Under the pieces are notes generated by a model. The model searched no databases and had not been told where the DNA came from. It saw nothing but the letters and a program-made list of their open reading frames with translations. Shown here piece by piece: positions 8,938-17,300 of a DNA stretch of 34,900 nt. The position numbers and the translations under genes were made by a program. Origin of the DNA: Candidatus Iainarchaeum sp. GTDB taxonomy: Archaea > Iainarchaeota > Iainarchaeia > Iainarchaeales > Iainarchaeaceae. The stretch's first letter is position 1; each line of letters begins with the position of its first letter. The stretch spans positions 1 through 34,900 of the forward strand of contig JBDRLP010000003.1 of NCBI GenBank assembly GCA_043812975.1. The letters are read 5' to 3'.

Positions 8938-9191
8938 TGTGTTTACCTCCTTAAAAGAATTTTTCAAAAACACGGTTTCGTACAAAGCCAGATTTTGACA
9001 AAACTAATTATTTTATGCCACCCCAGAAAATTTTAAATACAAGATATGAGGCTATTACATTAGACTGAGGGGTATGCTTTTATGAAGCAAAATATTGGTC
9101 ATCAAAAGAAAACAAAAATCTCACAAACTTTTTCTGCTAATCCCGAGAGGGTTAGAAATCTTTAACCATGTAAAACTGGAGGTCATACAAA

Positions 9192-9284
9192 ATGGGAAAA
9201 CAAAAAAAAGGAATAAAGAAAAGAGAATGGGAAGAAGACAGAGAATTTGAAATGGATGACAGCTACAACGATATTTACGACTAA
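9192..9284 (+). CDS. 30-aa micropeptide MGKQKKGIKKREWEEDREFEMDDSYNDIYD
   Basis: GGAGGT RBS 8 nt upstream; immediately followed by the next gene's RBS. Confidence 0.6.
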   Translation: MGKQKKGIKKREWEEDREFEMDDSYNDIYD

Positions 9285-9297
9285 AGAGGGACAAAAA

Positions 9298-9456
9298 ATG
9301 TATACTACAAACAAACTCACAAAAATAAGTATGAACAGACTTACAAAAAAATACAGATGCATGAACTGCAGCACAGAAATAATAAACCCAGAAGGGAGCA
9401 TGTACAACAAGAGATTTTGCAGCACAAAATGTTTTGATAATTATTTGGAAAAATAA
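9298..9456 (+). CDS. small treble-clef zinc finger (TRASH/MYM-like, CxxC...FCSxxC)
   Basis: Start re-called at ATG 9298 (GAGGG RBS); CMNC...RFCSTKC. Confidence 0.7.
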   Translation: MYTTNKLTKISMNRLTKKYRCMNCSTEIINPEGSMYNKRFCSTKCFDNYLEK

Positions 9457-9552
9457 CTAATTCTTTATTTTTATTTTTCTTAAACATCTTTAAGCAAATT
9501 ATTCATACGTTCTCGATAATCATCAAAAGCTTTTATCGCTTTTAAAATCAGA

Positions 9553-10593
9553 TTATAATTTCGAAAAAGCAAGGTCAAATGCCTGATTAAATTCAAAATC
9601 TTTCCAGCGGTTGTAAGCAAACTTCATTATAGGGAAGGTAACAGCATAAACAACAGCCCAAATCATCAATGAGGAACTGATTGCAACAAGAAGATTAAAG
9701 GCAAGCAAAGAAGTTAATGGTTGAGTTGTTGCCTCAACAGCCCCGGAAGAAATTGCTTTGAGAGATTCATTCTGCTGAAATACAAACATAATGTAAGCAG
9801 TTACAACTCCAGCAAGAACAAAAATCAATCTGAACGGTTTGAGAAGCCAGTGCTTGTTCACATTTTTAAAAGGACAAATCTGTTCAATCGTCTTATAATT
9901 TGACCGAGAAATACTTTTCTCCAGCCTGATTAACTCAATTGAAGAAATCTGTCTTTTAAGACAGACTTTCATAATGTCATCAGCATATCCCCACTTCTGA
10001 AGAACCTGTTTCAGGGTTTCATCATTCGCAGCATTGTGGTAATTCCAAAGAATACGCATAGTATCTTTCTTGCTGAGATTAGCAGTCAAAAATTCATTCA
10101 CTGCAAAATCATCTAAGTGTTGCTGGGCAAAAAGAACATCTACCATTCTTGCATTAATCCAGTTCTTTTTTTTCATAAACTTAAGGAGCTCAATCATGTC
10201 CTGAGACACGATATTGTAACGCATAAGAACCTGTATTATTAGAGTAGGGCTTTGGGTGTTAATCTCTGAAAAAGTTTTTTCATGCCTGAAAGCCCTGAAA
10301 ATCTTCCCCCAGTTATCAATGGCAATATCAATGAGTATTAAGATTCCAAGAAAAGCAACCATAATTGAAAAAACAATTTTGTCATAATCACCACTTGCCC
10401 AGAGAAAAATTATGAAAAGCATACCTAAAAACGCGCGCCAGGCATTATCAGAAACCTGGATATAACGTGTTACAACCCCGCGCATTAAAGTGGCTGTATT
10501 GTCAAGGAAAGCAAAGAACTGAGTAATAGGTTTTTTGTCAGAATCCTTGTCATCGGAAAATAAATAATCTTCATCCCAACTGTTTTTTGGCAT
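9553..10593 (-). CDS. hypothetical membrane protein
   Basis: Long ORF, probable start MPKNSW; two N-terminal and two C-terminal TM segments. Confidence 0.75.
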   Translation of the reverse strand: MPKNSWDEDYLFSDDKDSDKKPITQFFAFLDNTATLMRGVVTRYIQVSDNAWRAFLGMLFIIFLWASGDYDKIVFSIMVAFLGILILIDIAIDNWGKIFRAFRHEKTFSEINTQSPTLIIQVLMRYNIVSQDMIELLKFMKKKNWINARMVDVLFAQQHLDDFAVNEFLTANLSKKDTMRILWNYHNAANDETLKQVLQKWGYADDIMKVCLKRQISSIELIRLEKSISRSNYKTIEQICPFKNVNKHWLLKPFRLIFVLAGVVTAYIMFVFQQNESLKAISSGAVEATTQPLTSLLAFNLLVAISSSLMIWAVVYAVTFPIMKFAYNRWKDFEFNQAFDLAFSKL

Positions 10594-10677
10594 GTCAATA
10601 TAATGGAAAAACTCCTTAAAAAAACCAGCACTAAACAGAACAAAAACACATAAATACAAGTGTTTCCATTTACTTAG

Positions 10678-11973
10678 ATGCCTGAAATAAAAGTTCCAAA
10701 AAATGTTCTTTTAGTGGGAAGCAAAAGACTGCTTAAGAGTACTATTTCAAAATTCAAGGCTAAAAGAGTTAAGGAATGGAAAGGGAAAAACTTTCCGCTT
10801 TACAAGTTTACTCAGGGAAACAACACTATTGGTTTGAGTTATTACTTTTACGGGGCAAGTGCTGCAGCAGCTAATTTAGAGGATTTAATTGGAGCTGGTT
10901 CTGAAAACTTTGTCTTTTTTACATTAGGAAGACCTGTTTCTGAAGATGTAAAGCCAGGTGCAATAATTTTACCTACTCGTGCTGTAAGAGATGAAGGAAC
11001 GAGCTACCATTACTTGAAACCAGCAAAACAAGTAATTGGGAATACTGAGATTGAGAAAAAACTCAAAGAAGAACTGAAAAAAGAATCTTTAAAATCACAA
11101 TTAGGATTAACATGGACAACTGATTCCCCTTATTCTAAAGTAAGAAAAACAAAAGAAATTGTTGAATCAAAAGCACTGAGCATGGATAATGACTCATCAG
11201 CTTTATTTGCAGTCGCAAGGTACAGAAAAGTAAATCTTGGCGGAATTATTTTAATCAGCGAAGCAACAATAAGAGGAAGAGTAAAAGCAAAAATCAAAGA
11301 TTCTTTGAGAGAATTAAAAATCCACTTGCTTACTATCTGCACAAAAACACTTGCATCAAAAGCATTCTGGGACAAATTTAATGAAGAAAAAATTAATGAA
11401 AAAAAACCAGTGAAAAAAACACAAAGAAAAGCACTATGGGATGAAAAAATAAACGAACTCTCAATGAAAGTTGATGATGAACTTGCAAAAGCTAATGTGG
11501 AAGAACAGAAAGACGAGGAAATTCTTGATGCTTTGCTTATGAAGAAAGAAATTTTTGTAACACAATACCACAGAAGCAGGAGTAAATATTTAAGGTATAA
11601 ATTACAAGATTCCACTTACACAAAAATTTCAGCAACCTGCATTACAATGCTGGAAATGATTCTGCAGGAAATAATAGATGCAGAAACAAAACAGGAAAAA
11701 TTACACAAAATAATCCCGTACAAAGAATCAATTATTTCAGAAGCAGATGAAGCAGCAGAAGAAATTTACGCACAATTAGCAGAGGGAGAAGAACCTGAAT
11801 TTTACAGTGAAGAAGATGCACCACCATTACACAGAGTACATAAGAACAGAGCTGCAATATTTTTAGTTAATTTACCAAGACGATTCAGATACAAGCCTTA
11901 TTACAAAAAATTCTTCACAACCGAAGACAGAATGGTCGAAGTTGACCATCAGGAATTTTTGGGAAAATATTAA
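10678..11973 (+). CDS. nucleoside phosphorylase (PNP/UDP-1)-fold protein, degenerate, with about 200-aa C-terminal extension
   Basis: AAAANLEDLI..G, AVRDEGTSYHY, TWTTDSPY, SALFAVARYR. Confidence 0.75.
   Translation: MPEIKVPKNVLLVGSKRLLKSTISKFKAKRVKEWKGKNFPLYKFTQGNNTIGLSYYFYGASAAAANLEDLIGAGSENFVFFTLGRPVSEDVKPGAIILPTRAVRDEGTSYHYLKPAKQVIGNTEIEKKLKEELKKESLKSQLGLTWTTDSPYSKVRKTKEIVESKALSMDNDSSALFAVARYRKVNLGGIILISEATIRGRVKAKIKDSLRELKIHLLTICTKTLASKAFWDKFNEEKINEKKPVKKTQRKALWDEKINELSMKVDDELAKANVEEQKDEEILDALLMKKEIFVTQYHRSRSKYLRYKLQDSTYTKISATCITMLEMILQEIIDAETKQEKLHKIIPYKESIISEADEAAEEIYAQLAEGEEPEFYSEEDAPPLHRVHKNRAAIFLVNLPRRFRYKPYYKKFFTTEDRMVEVDHQEFLGKY
11905..11966 (+). repeat. 62-bp direct repeat, copy 1 (3' end of the phosphorylase-like gene)
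   Basis: 61/62 identical to 14038-14099. Confidence 0.95.
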
Positions 11974-12016
11974 TAAACCCAATGCATATTATTAGTTTAA
12001 AAAAGGACATATACAC

Positions 12017-13306
12017 ATGGAACCTAAAAATTTTCTCTTTATTTCTCTTGATAATCTTATCGGCGATTTGGCTAAACATGTCCAGGAAGAAGGCCATAAT
12101 GTAAAGTATTTTGTTGAAGCAAGGCAGGAAAGGGAAGTAACCTCCGGCTTTGTGGAAATGATAGATAATTGGAAAGCCTTTGTCAACTGGGCAGATGTAA
12201 TAATTTTTGATGATGTTCTGGGAGAGGGCACAAAGGCCCAGAAGTTAAGAGAAAAAGGGAAAGCAGTTGTTGGAGGCACCCCTTATACTGATAAGCTTGA
12301 GGATGACCGTGCTTTTGGTCAGGATGAACTCAAAAAAATGGGGATAAATATTATTCCTCACTGGGAATTCACTTCTTTTGATGAGGCAATTGCATTTGTA
12401 AAGCAAAACCCCGGCAAATATGTTTTGAAACCTAATGGAGAGGCACAGAACATTAAGGGATTATTATTTATCGGCGAGGAAGATGACGGCAAAGACTTAT
12501 TGCAGGTTCTCGGAGATTATAAAAAAGCATGGGAGAAAAAAATTCCTGCTTTCCAACTTCAGAAAAGAATCGGCGGAGTGGAAATTGCGGTGGGTGCTTT
12601 CTTCAATGGAAAAGAATTCATTTATCCAATAAATGTCAACTTTGAACACAAAAAATTATTCCCAGGAAACTTAGGCCCCTCAACAGGAGAAATGGGAACT
12701 GCAATGTTCTGGAGCGAACCCAACAAAATTTTTAATCAAAGTCTGAAAAAGTTTGAAAAAAAATTCGCGGAAGAAAAATATGTTGGTTATGTTGATTTGA
12801 ACTGTATTGTAAACAGCAACGGAATTTATCCTCTTGAGTGGACAACAAGGTTTGGTTATCCCACAATTTTTATTCAACAGGAAGGAATACAAATGAAAAT
12901 AAGCGAGTTCCTTTATGAAATGGCTCACGGAACCCTGAAAAAATTCAATTACAAAAGCGGATTCCAAATAGGAGTGAGAATAGTTGTTCCACCTTTCCCT
13001 TTTAAAGATAAAGAAACATTCAATGTGAAATCAAAAGATTCAGTGATATTTTTCAAAAAAGGCAAGGAAGGAGTTCATATTGAGGATGTAAAAAATGTTA
13101 ACGGTGAATGGCTTGTAACAGGAAACTCAGGGGTTATTCTTGTGATTGTTGGAATGGGATATACCATGAAACAGGCCCAGCAACAAGCATACAATAGGAT
13201 AAAAAATATTATAATTCCGCACATGTATTACAGAACCGATATTGGGGACCGCTGGTTTGATGATTCCGACAAACTTCATAATTGGGGTTATTTAAGAGGA
13301 ATATAA
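12017..13306 (+). CDS. PurD-like (GAR synthetase-related) ATP-grasp ligase, divergent family
   Basis: LEDDRAFG, VLKP.G, EHKKLFPGNLGPSTGEMG, LEWTTRFGYP, YYRTDIG; lacks canonical N-terminal GSGGREHA. Confidence 0.8.
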   Translation: MEPKNFLFISLDNLIGDLAKHVQEEGHNVKYFVEARQEREVTSGFVEMIDNWKAFVNWADVIIFDDVLGEGTKAQKLREKGKAVVGGTPYTDKLEDDRAFGQDELKKMGINIIPHWEFTSFDEAIAFVKQNPGKYVLKPNGEAQNIKGLLFIGEEDDGKDLLQVLGDYKKAWEKKIPAFQLQKRIGGVEIAVGAFFNGKEFIYPINVNFEHKKLFPGNLGPSTGEMGTAMFWSEPNKIFNQSLKKFEKKFAEEKYVGYVDLNCIVNSNGIYPLEWTTRFGYPTIFIQQEGIQMKISEFLYEMAHGTLKKFNYKSGFQIGVRIVVPPFPFKDKETFNVKSKDSVIFFKKGKEGVHIEDVKNVNGEWLVTGNSGVILVIVGMGYTMKQAQQQAYNRIKNIIIPHMYYRTDIGDRWFDDSDKLHNWGYLRGI

Positions 13307-13316
13307 TTCTATTAAA

Positions 13317-14036
13317 GTGAGTTTTTTGGAATTTGAAAAATTTGAAAAAGACGGTTCCTCTTATTGGCACTGGAAATACGAGGATTATCTTCCTTATGTA
13401 AAACCCACAAAAGAAGATATTAAAAACGCGCCAAGGCCGTTTATTCTAAGAGATATTCCTGCTGACTGGCCTATAGGATTTGTGAACACTAGTCCTGATG
13501 GTTTAACTAATATAATAAAACTTGAAGATTCGTTTGAAAAACTTCCTATTGATCCTGATTTAAGAAAAGATCTTAGGCGAATTGACAGAAAGAATGCTGA
13601 AACCCGAATAGTAAATAATGAGAAAAATATCCTGGAAAAAAGCAGTGCCTGGTTTTTGGAGCAATGGAAAGAAATTCCTGAAGAGTTTGAACAGAGACTT
13701 GAATTGTGGAAAAAAACAGCATACACAATCAGCGCATATCAGGGAGAAACTTTACTGGCTGTTCATATTGCAATGATTGAGGAAAAAACCGTTTATTATC
13801 TGGGGTGCTGGTGGAACCGCGAATACAAAAACCTTTCAGTGCCTATATTTCTTCTGAAAAAAGATATTGAACAGGCAATAAAAAATAAGTTAGAATATTA
13901 TGATTTAGGAGTCGGGGATGAACCCTACAAAAAACAGTGGGGCGTAATTGAAAAACCCGTGAAATACTATGCAGAAATTCCAAAACAGCTTGCTGAAAAA
14001 CTCGAACTAAAAGAATTTGTTGAAATAAAAGAATGA
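13317..14036 (+). CDS. GNAT-fold protein (FemAB/CelD-BcsL-like)
   Basis: LRKDLRR; C-terminal YYDLGVGDEPYKKQWG signature. Confidence 0.75.
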   Translation: MSFLEFEKFEKDGSSYWHWKYEDYLPYVKPTKEDIKNAPRPFILRDIPADWPIGFVNTSPDGLTNIIKLEDSFEKLPIDPDLRKDLRRIDRKNAETRIVNNEKNILEKSSAWFLEQWKEIPEEFEQRLELWKKTAYTISAYQGETLLAVHIAMIEEKTVYYLGCWWNREYKNLSVPIFLLKKDIEQAIKNKLEYYDLGVGDEPYKKQWGVIEKPVKYYAEIPKQLAEKLELKEFVEIKE

Positions 14037-14037
14037 A

Positions 14038-14099
14038 AAAAAATTCTTCACAACCGAAGACAGAATGGTTGAAGTTGACCATCAGGAATTTTTGGGAAA
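14038..14099 (+). repeat. 62-bp direct repeat, copy 2
   Basis: Matches 11905-11966 except C11937/T14070. Confidence 0.95.
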
Positions 14100-14206
14100 T
14101 AATAATTCTAAAACCACACCGGCACTCAGGTCTGGAAATTGCTTTTAAACACCCAATTATCTAATAGTTTAGCGGGCAGGGAACCTATTGAAAAAGGTTC
14201 AACAAA

Positions 14207-14536
14207 ATGAGAAAAGACTTAGAACACACATTCAGCGAGTACCTCGATAAAGAAATGCAAAATAAATTATTTGTGAGATTTGTGTTTTCAGAGGATTTCA
14301 ATAAAATAGATGCTTTTGCAGTTTCACTTATTTCAACCATCAGAGAAAAACCAAGGGAAATTATAAGGTTTGATGCCAGCATAAGAGAAAGAATAAATGT
14401 TCACAAATTTTACAGTAAACCTATAATAAAGCAATATTTGAACAAAGAAAAATGCTTCAAGACTCTAGAAGAATTCATAGAAAACATAAGAGAAAACTGG
14501 ATTATTTATAGGTTGGAATATGAGGAAAACTATTGA
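14207..14536 (+). CDS. putative toxin/nuclease (TumE/DUF6516-like) of a TA pair
   Basis: IIRFD....VHKFY motif; paired with downstream HTH. Confidence 0.5.
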   Translation: MRKDLEHTFSEYLDKEMQNKLFVRFVFSEDFNKIDAFAVSLISTIREKPREIIRFDASIRERINVHKFYSKPIIKQYLNKEKCFKTLEEFIENIRENWIIYRLEYEENY

Positions 14537-14583
14537 AGCGTACGTTCAATAACCGAAAAGGTTATATAACTTAAAAGGTTATA
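14531..14583. promoter_or_regulatory. putative operator/promoter of the HTH gene
   Basis: tattgaa-N7-ttcaata palindrome; aaaaggttata twice (14556, 14573); gttatataac palindrome. Confidence 0.45.
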
Positions 14584-14593
14584 ATATATTGGT

Positions 14594-14950
14594 GTGAAAA
14601 TGAAGCAATTGATAATAAAAATTGGAGTAAAAATGGATGACGATTTGCGGAAAATTTATAATGATCCAAAAAAAGGAACGCCCGGAAGCCATACTCTTTA
14701 CCTGAAAAGCGCTCATGAGTTGTATGAACTGCTTTCCCCTAAAAGAATCGAATTATTGAGTTTTGTTATTAATCAAAGCACTAAGAAAACCATTGGAGAA
14801 ATCTCAAAAAAGCTTAAGAGAAAACAGGAAGCAATTAGCAGGGATGCAACAATACTTTCCAAACACGAATTAATTCAAAAATCTAAGGAAAAGCAAAAAA
14901 CCTATTTGAAACCGAAATATAATTCTCTTCAAATACAATTAGCAAACTGA
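14594..14950 (+). CDS. winged-HTH DNA-binding protein (HVO_A0114-like putative antitoxin)
   Basis: LLSPKRIELL...TIGEISKKLKRKQEAISRDATIL...ELI. Confidence 0.7.
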   Translation: MKMKQLIIKIGVKMDDDLRKIYNDPKKGTPGSHTLYLKSAHELYELLSPKRIELLSFVINQSTKKTIGEISKKLKRKQEAISRDATILSKHELIQKSKEKQKTYLKPKYNSLQIQLAN

Positions 14951-14952
14951 TT

Positions 14953-15924
14953 TCACAATTGCTGAGTTAGATCTAATTCACCTTTTGGTTCAGCATAAAT
15001 CAGCATTATTTCATAACTCTTAATGTAATCAGAGTATTTTTCTTTCATTGTTTTCATTAGTTGGTTAACTTTTTCAAAAGATTCGACATCCATTTCAAGT
15101 TCTAATAACCAAGGCCCGATTTTCTTTTCATAATGGAAAACATTTCCAAGACTCCTACAATATTCTTTTAAAGATTCATCCTGCTCTTTTGAAATATTCT
15201 TCAAATTAACAATAACCTTATAGAAACCCATTCCGATTTTACTCACATCCGGCTGTAACCTGAAAACAGAAATAACTTTTTTTCGGATCAGTTCTTTAAT
15301 GCGATATGAAACAACCCTAGGAGTCAAACCTAATTTTTCAGCAAGATCCACAGAAGAAGCACGGGCATTTGTAGAAAGTTCTTTAAGGATTTTTTTATCA
15401 GCAGAATCAATAAGTACTTTTTCAATTACATCATACCACACATGTCCAACAGAAGGTTTATTCATAAAATAACCGCGTGAAAAAATCTCAACTTCGACAT
15501 GAGCTGCAAGACTCTGGTTCAGAACATACTTACCAAATTTTGAATTGAAATCAACAACAGTAGCATGAAACTCCTTTACATCTTTCACAAAAATACTGTA
15601 AATAAGATTCCACTTGCCTGTTGTCAGTGCAACCCACCAGACTTTTTTATTACTCTTTAAATAAGCAATTATTTCTTTTTCCTTAGTAGGAGTGATATCT
15701 TGTAATTCCAGATAAACATTCCAGATTGTTAAGCCTAATCTTCCTGCATCAAGCAAAGTAACAAAGTTCTTTATCACCCCGTCCTTCTGAAGCTTATTTA
15801 CTCTGTATTCAACTACATTCCTGCTTTTGCCAACCTTCTTAGCTAGTTCAGAAAAAGACTGCCTGGAATTGATATCTAACTCATATAATATCTTCTTATC
15901 CAGCAAATCCAAAATATAAACCAT
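14953..15924 (-). CDS. Lrp/AsnC-family regulator with two HTH-RAM units
   Basis: LDKKILYEL..NSRQSFSELAK..V.YRV and DKKILKELSTNARAS..DLA..V.YRI. Confidence 0.9.
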   Translation of the reverse strand: MVYILDLLDKKILYELDINSRQSFSELAKKVGKSRNVVEYRVNKLQKDGVIKNFVTLLDAGRLGLTIWNVYLELQDITPTKEKEIIAYLKSNKKVWWVALTTGKWNLIYSIFVKDVKEFHATVVDFNSKFGKYVLNQSLAAHVEVEIFSRGYFMNKPSVGHVWYDVIEKVLIDSADKKILKELSTNARASSVDLAEKLGLTPRVVSYRIKELIRKKVISVFRLQPDVSKIGMGFYKVIVNLKNISKEQDESLKEYCRSLGNVFHYEKKIGPWLLELEMDVESFEKVNQLMKTMKEKYSDYIKSYEIMLIYAEPKGELDLTQQL

Positions 15925-15962
15925 AATAGTAATATACTACATTTTTATTTAAAAAAGTGTTG

Positions 15963-15985
15963 TTTTAATCAAAAATCGATTAAAA
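15963..15985. promoter_or_regulatory. inverted repeat, putative Lrp operator
   Basis: ttttaatc-N7-gattaaaa just upstream of the TATA box (ttttatat) of the divergent gene at 16019. Confidence 0.5.
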
Positions 15986-16018
15986 TCTTTTATATTCATC
16001 ACAAGCAGCAATTATACT

Positions 16019-16378
16019 ATGTTACTGGAAACAATAACACATTTAACAGCACTGGATTTTGGGTGGTTCATTAAATTAGCCACAATAAACCCGATAATGA
16101 CATTCATGCTGATTTCAGTGTTTTATATTTTTCTTGAAGGCCAAAATTTAATCAAAGGAGGAATAATAATACTTGCGGCAATTTTTGCTTCGCTTGATTT
16201 TGGATCAGTTCTTGGTGTTGCTATTCTCACTGGAAGTTTCATGCTGATTTATTACTTATCAAAAATCTCACTCCTTATGATGGCTGAGGGAAGTGAAAAA
16301 CTGAAAAAATATATGATGTTCATAAATGAAATACAATTTTTTGGAGTGCTGGTAATAGCACTATTATTTTTCCAGTGA
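16019..16378 (+). CDS. small membrane protein
   Basis: Hydrophobic ORF, about four TMs. Confidence 0.7.
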   Translation: MLLETITHLTALDFGWFIKLATINPIMTFMLISVFYIFLEGQNLIKGGIIILAAIFASLDFGSVLGVAILTGSFMLIYYLSKISLLMMAEGSEKLKKYMMFINEIQFFGVLVIALLFFQ

Positions 16379-16384
16379 TAAAAA

Positions 16385-16558
16385 ATGAACATTATTAAAA
16401 TACTGGCAGAAACTGCATTAATGATTACAATAGGTTATACAGGAATAACAATTCTGACATTATTTGGAATTAATTTCGGGCCGCTTATTTATTCGCTAAT
16501 CGGATTTGTAGGAGTGGCAAACCTCGCTTTTGTTTATACCTTTTATTTCAGATTATAA
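16385..16558 (+). CDS. 57-aa two-TM membrane protein (not in ORF track)
   Basis: MNIIKILAETALMITIGYTGITILTLFGINFGPLIYSLIGFVGVANLAFVYTFYFRL; 6 nt after the previous stop. Confidence 0.65.
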   Translation: MNIIKILAETALMITIGYTGITILTLFGINFGPLIYSLIGFVGVANLAFVYTFYFRL

Positions 16559-16761
16559 AACTAAATAAACCATTAGAAAATAAACAATTCAAGACTATTT
16601 ATTCTTTGCGAGGGCATAGCAAATATTACAGGATACGCGGACGGGGGGTTTGGGACGGGGGATTCTTTTTTTTGGAAGAGGGGCCCACGAAGCCAAATTT
16701 ACGCAAAGCTACCAGACAGTGGTTAGTGCTGCCAGAAAGGATTTTGCGAGAAATGTGAACA

Positions 16762-17220
16762 TTATTGCCCACGTTCGAGTTTCTTAAGAACTTTTTCTAA
16801 CAATCCCCACTCAAGAACATTGTTGCTTTTATAAATTTTTATAATTCCCCATTCCCTAAGTTTTTGCATGTATCCTTTTATGTAGTGTCTGCTTGTTTCA
16901 CCTACAAAACTATTTCTAGTCCTGATGGCATTCAGCAGTCCGCGCCACCTTTCTGTGCCTTCACTTGTTTTCCTTATTTTTTTGCATATTTCCTCAGGTG
17001 TCATTTCTCCTTTTTTGAGACGCCTTACTCTACGTTGTTGCTCATTACCTTTTCTAGTTCTTTCTGGTACAGATGTTTTAGGTTTTGATTCTGGAACTGG
17101 TTTTTTTGGTACAGGCTTCCTTGGAGCGGTACTAGCACCTGCCCCGGTTTTGTGCTGACGGACTGAATTAAGTGCATTCCGCAAATTACTAGCACGCTGG
17201 GCAGCAGATGGTCTCGGCAT
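16762..17220 (-). CDS. basic orphan protein with disordered Pro/Arg/Lys-rich N-terminus
   Basis: 152-aa ORF; promoter motif shared with 23432..23704. Confidence 0.65.
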   Translation of the reverse strand: MPRPSAAQRASNLRNALNSVRQHKTGAGASTAPRKPVPKKPVPESKPKTSVPERTRKGNEQQRRVRRLKKGEMTPEEICKKIRKTSEGTERWRGLLNAIRTRNSFVGETSRHYIKGYMQKLREWGIIKIYKSNNVLEWGLLEKVLKKLERGQ

Positions 17221-17300
17221 AAAAAATAAATGATTTAAGAGTATTTAATTGTTGAGGATAAACTATACTTTATTGGAAATCTTGCTGGTTTTTTAATTCC

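Noticed and set aside
9298..9456. LysW carrier for the RimK/LysX-like ligase
   Set aside because: Lacks the C-terminal EDWGE, and no lysine/arginine pathway genes are nearby
11600..11700. Histone-fold-like helix (KISATCITMLEMILQEII) in the phosphorylase C-terminal domain
   Set aside because: Resemblance covers one helix only; other histone-fold motifs are not recognisable
11905..14099. DGR template/variable repeat pair
   Set aside because: The only mismatch is a synonymous C/T, not adenine-specific, and there is no reverse transcriptase in the window
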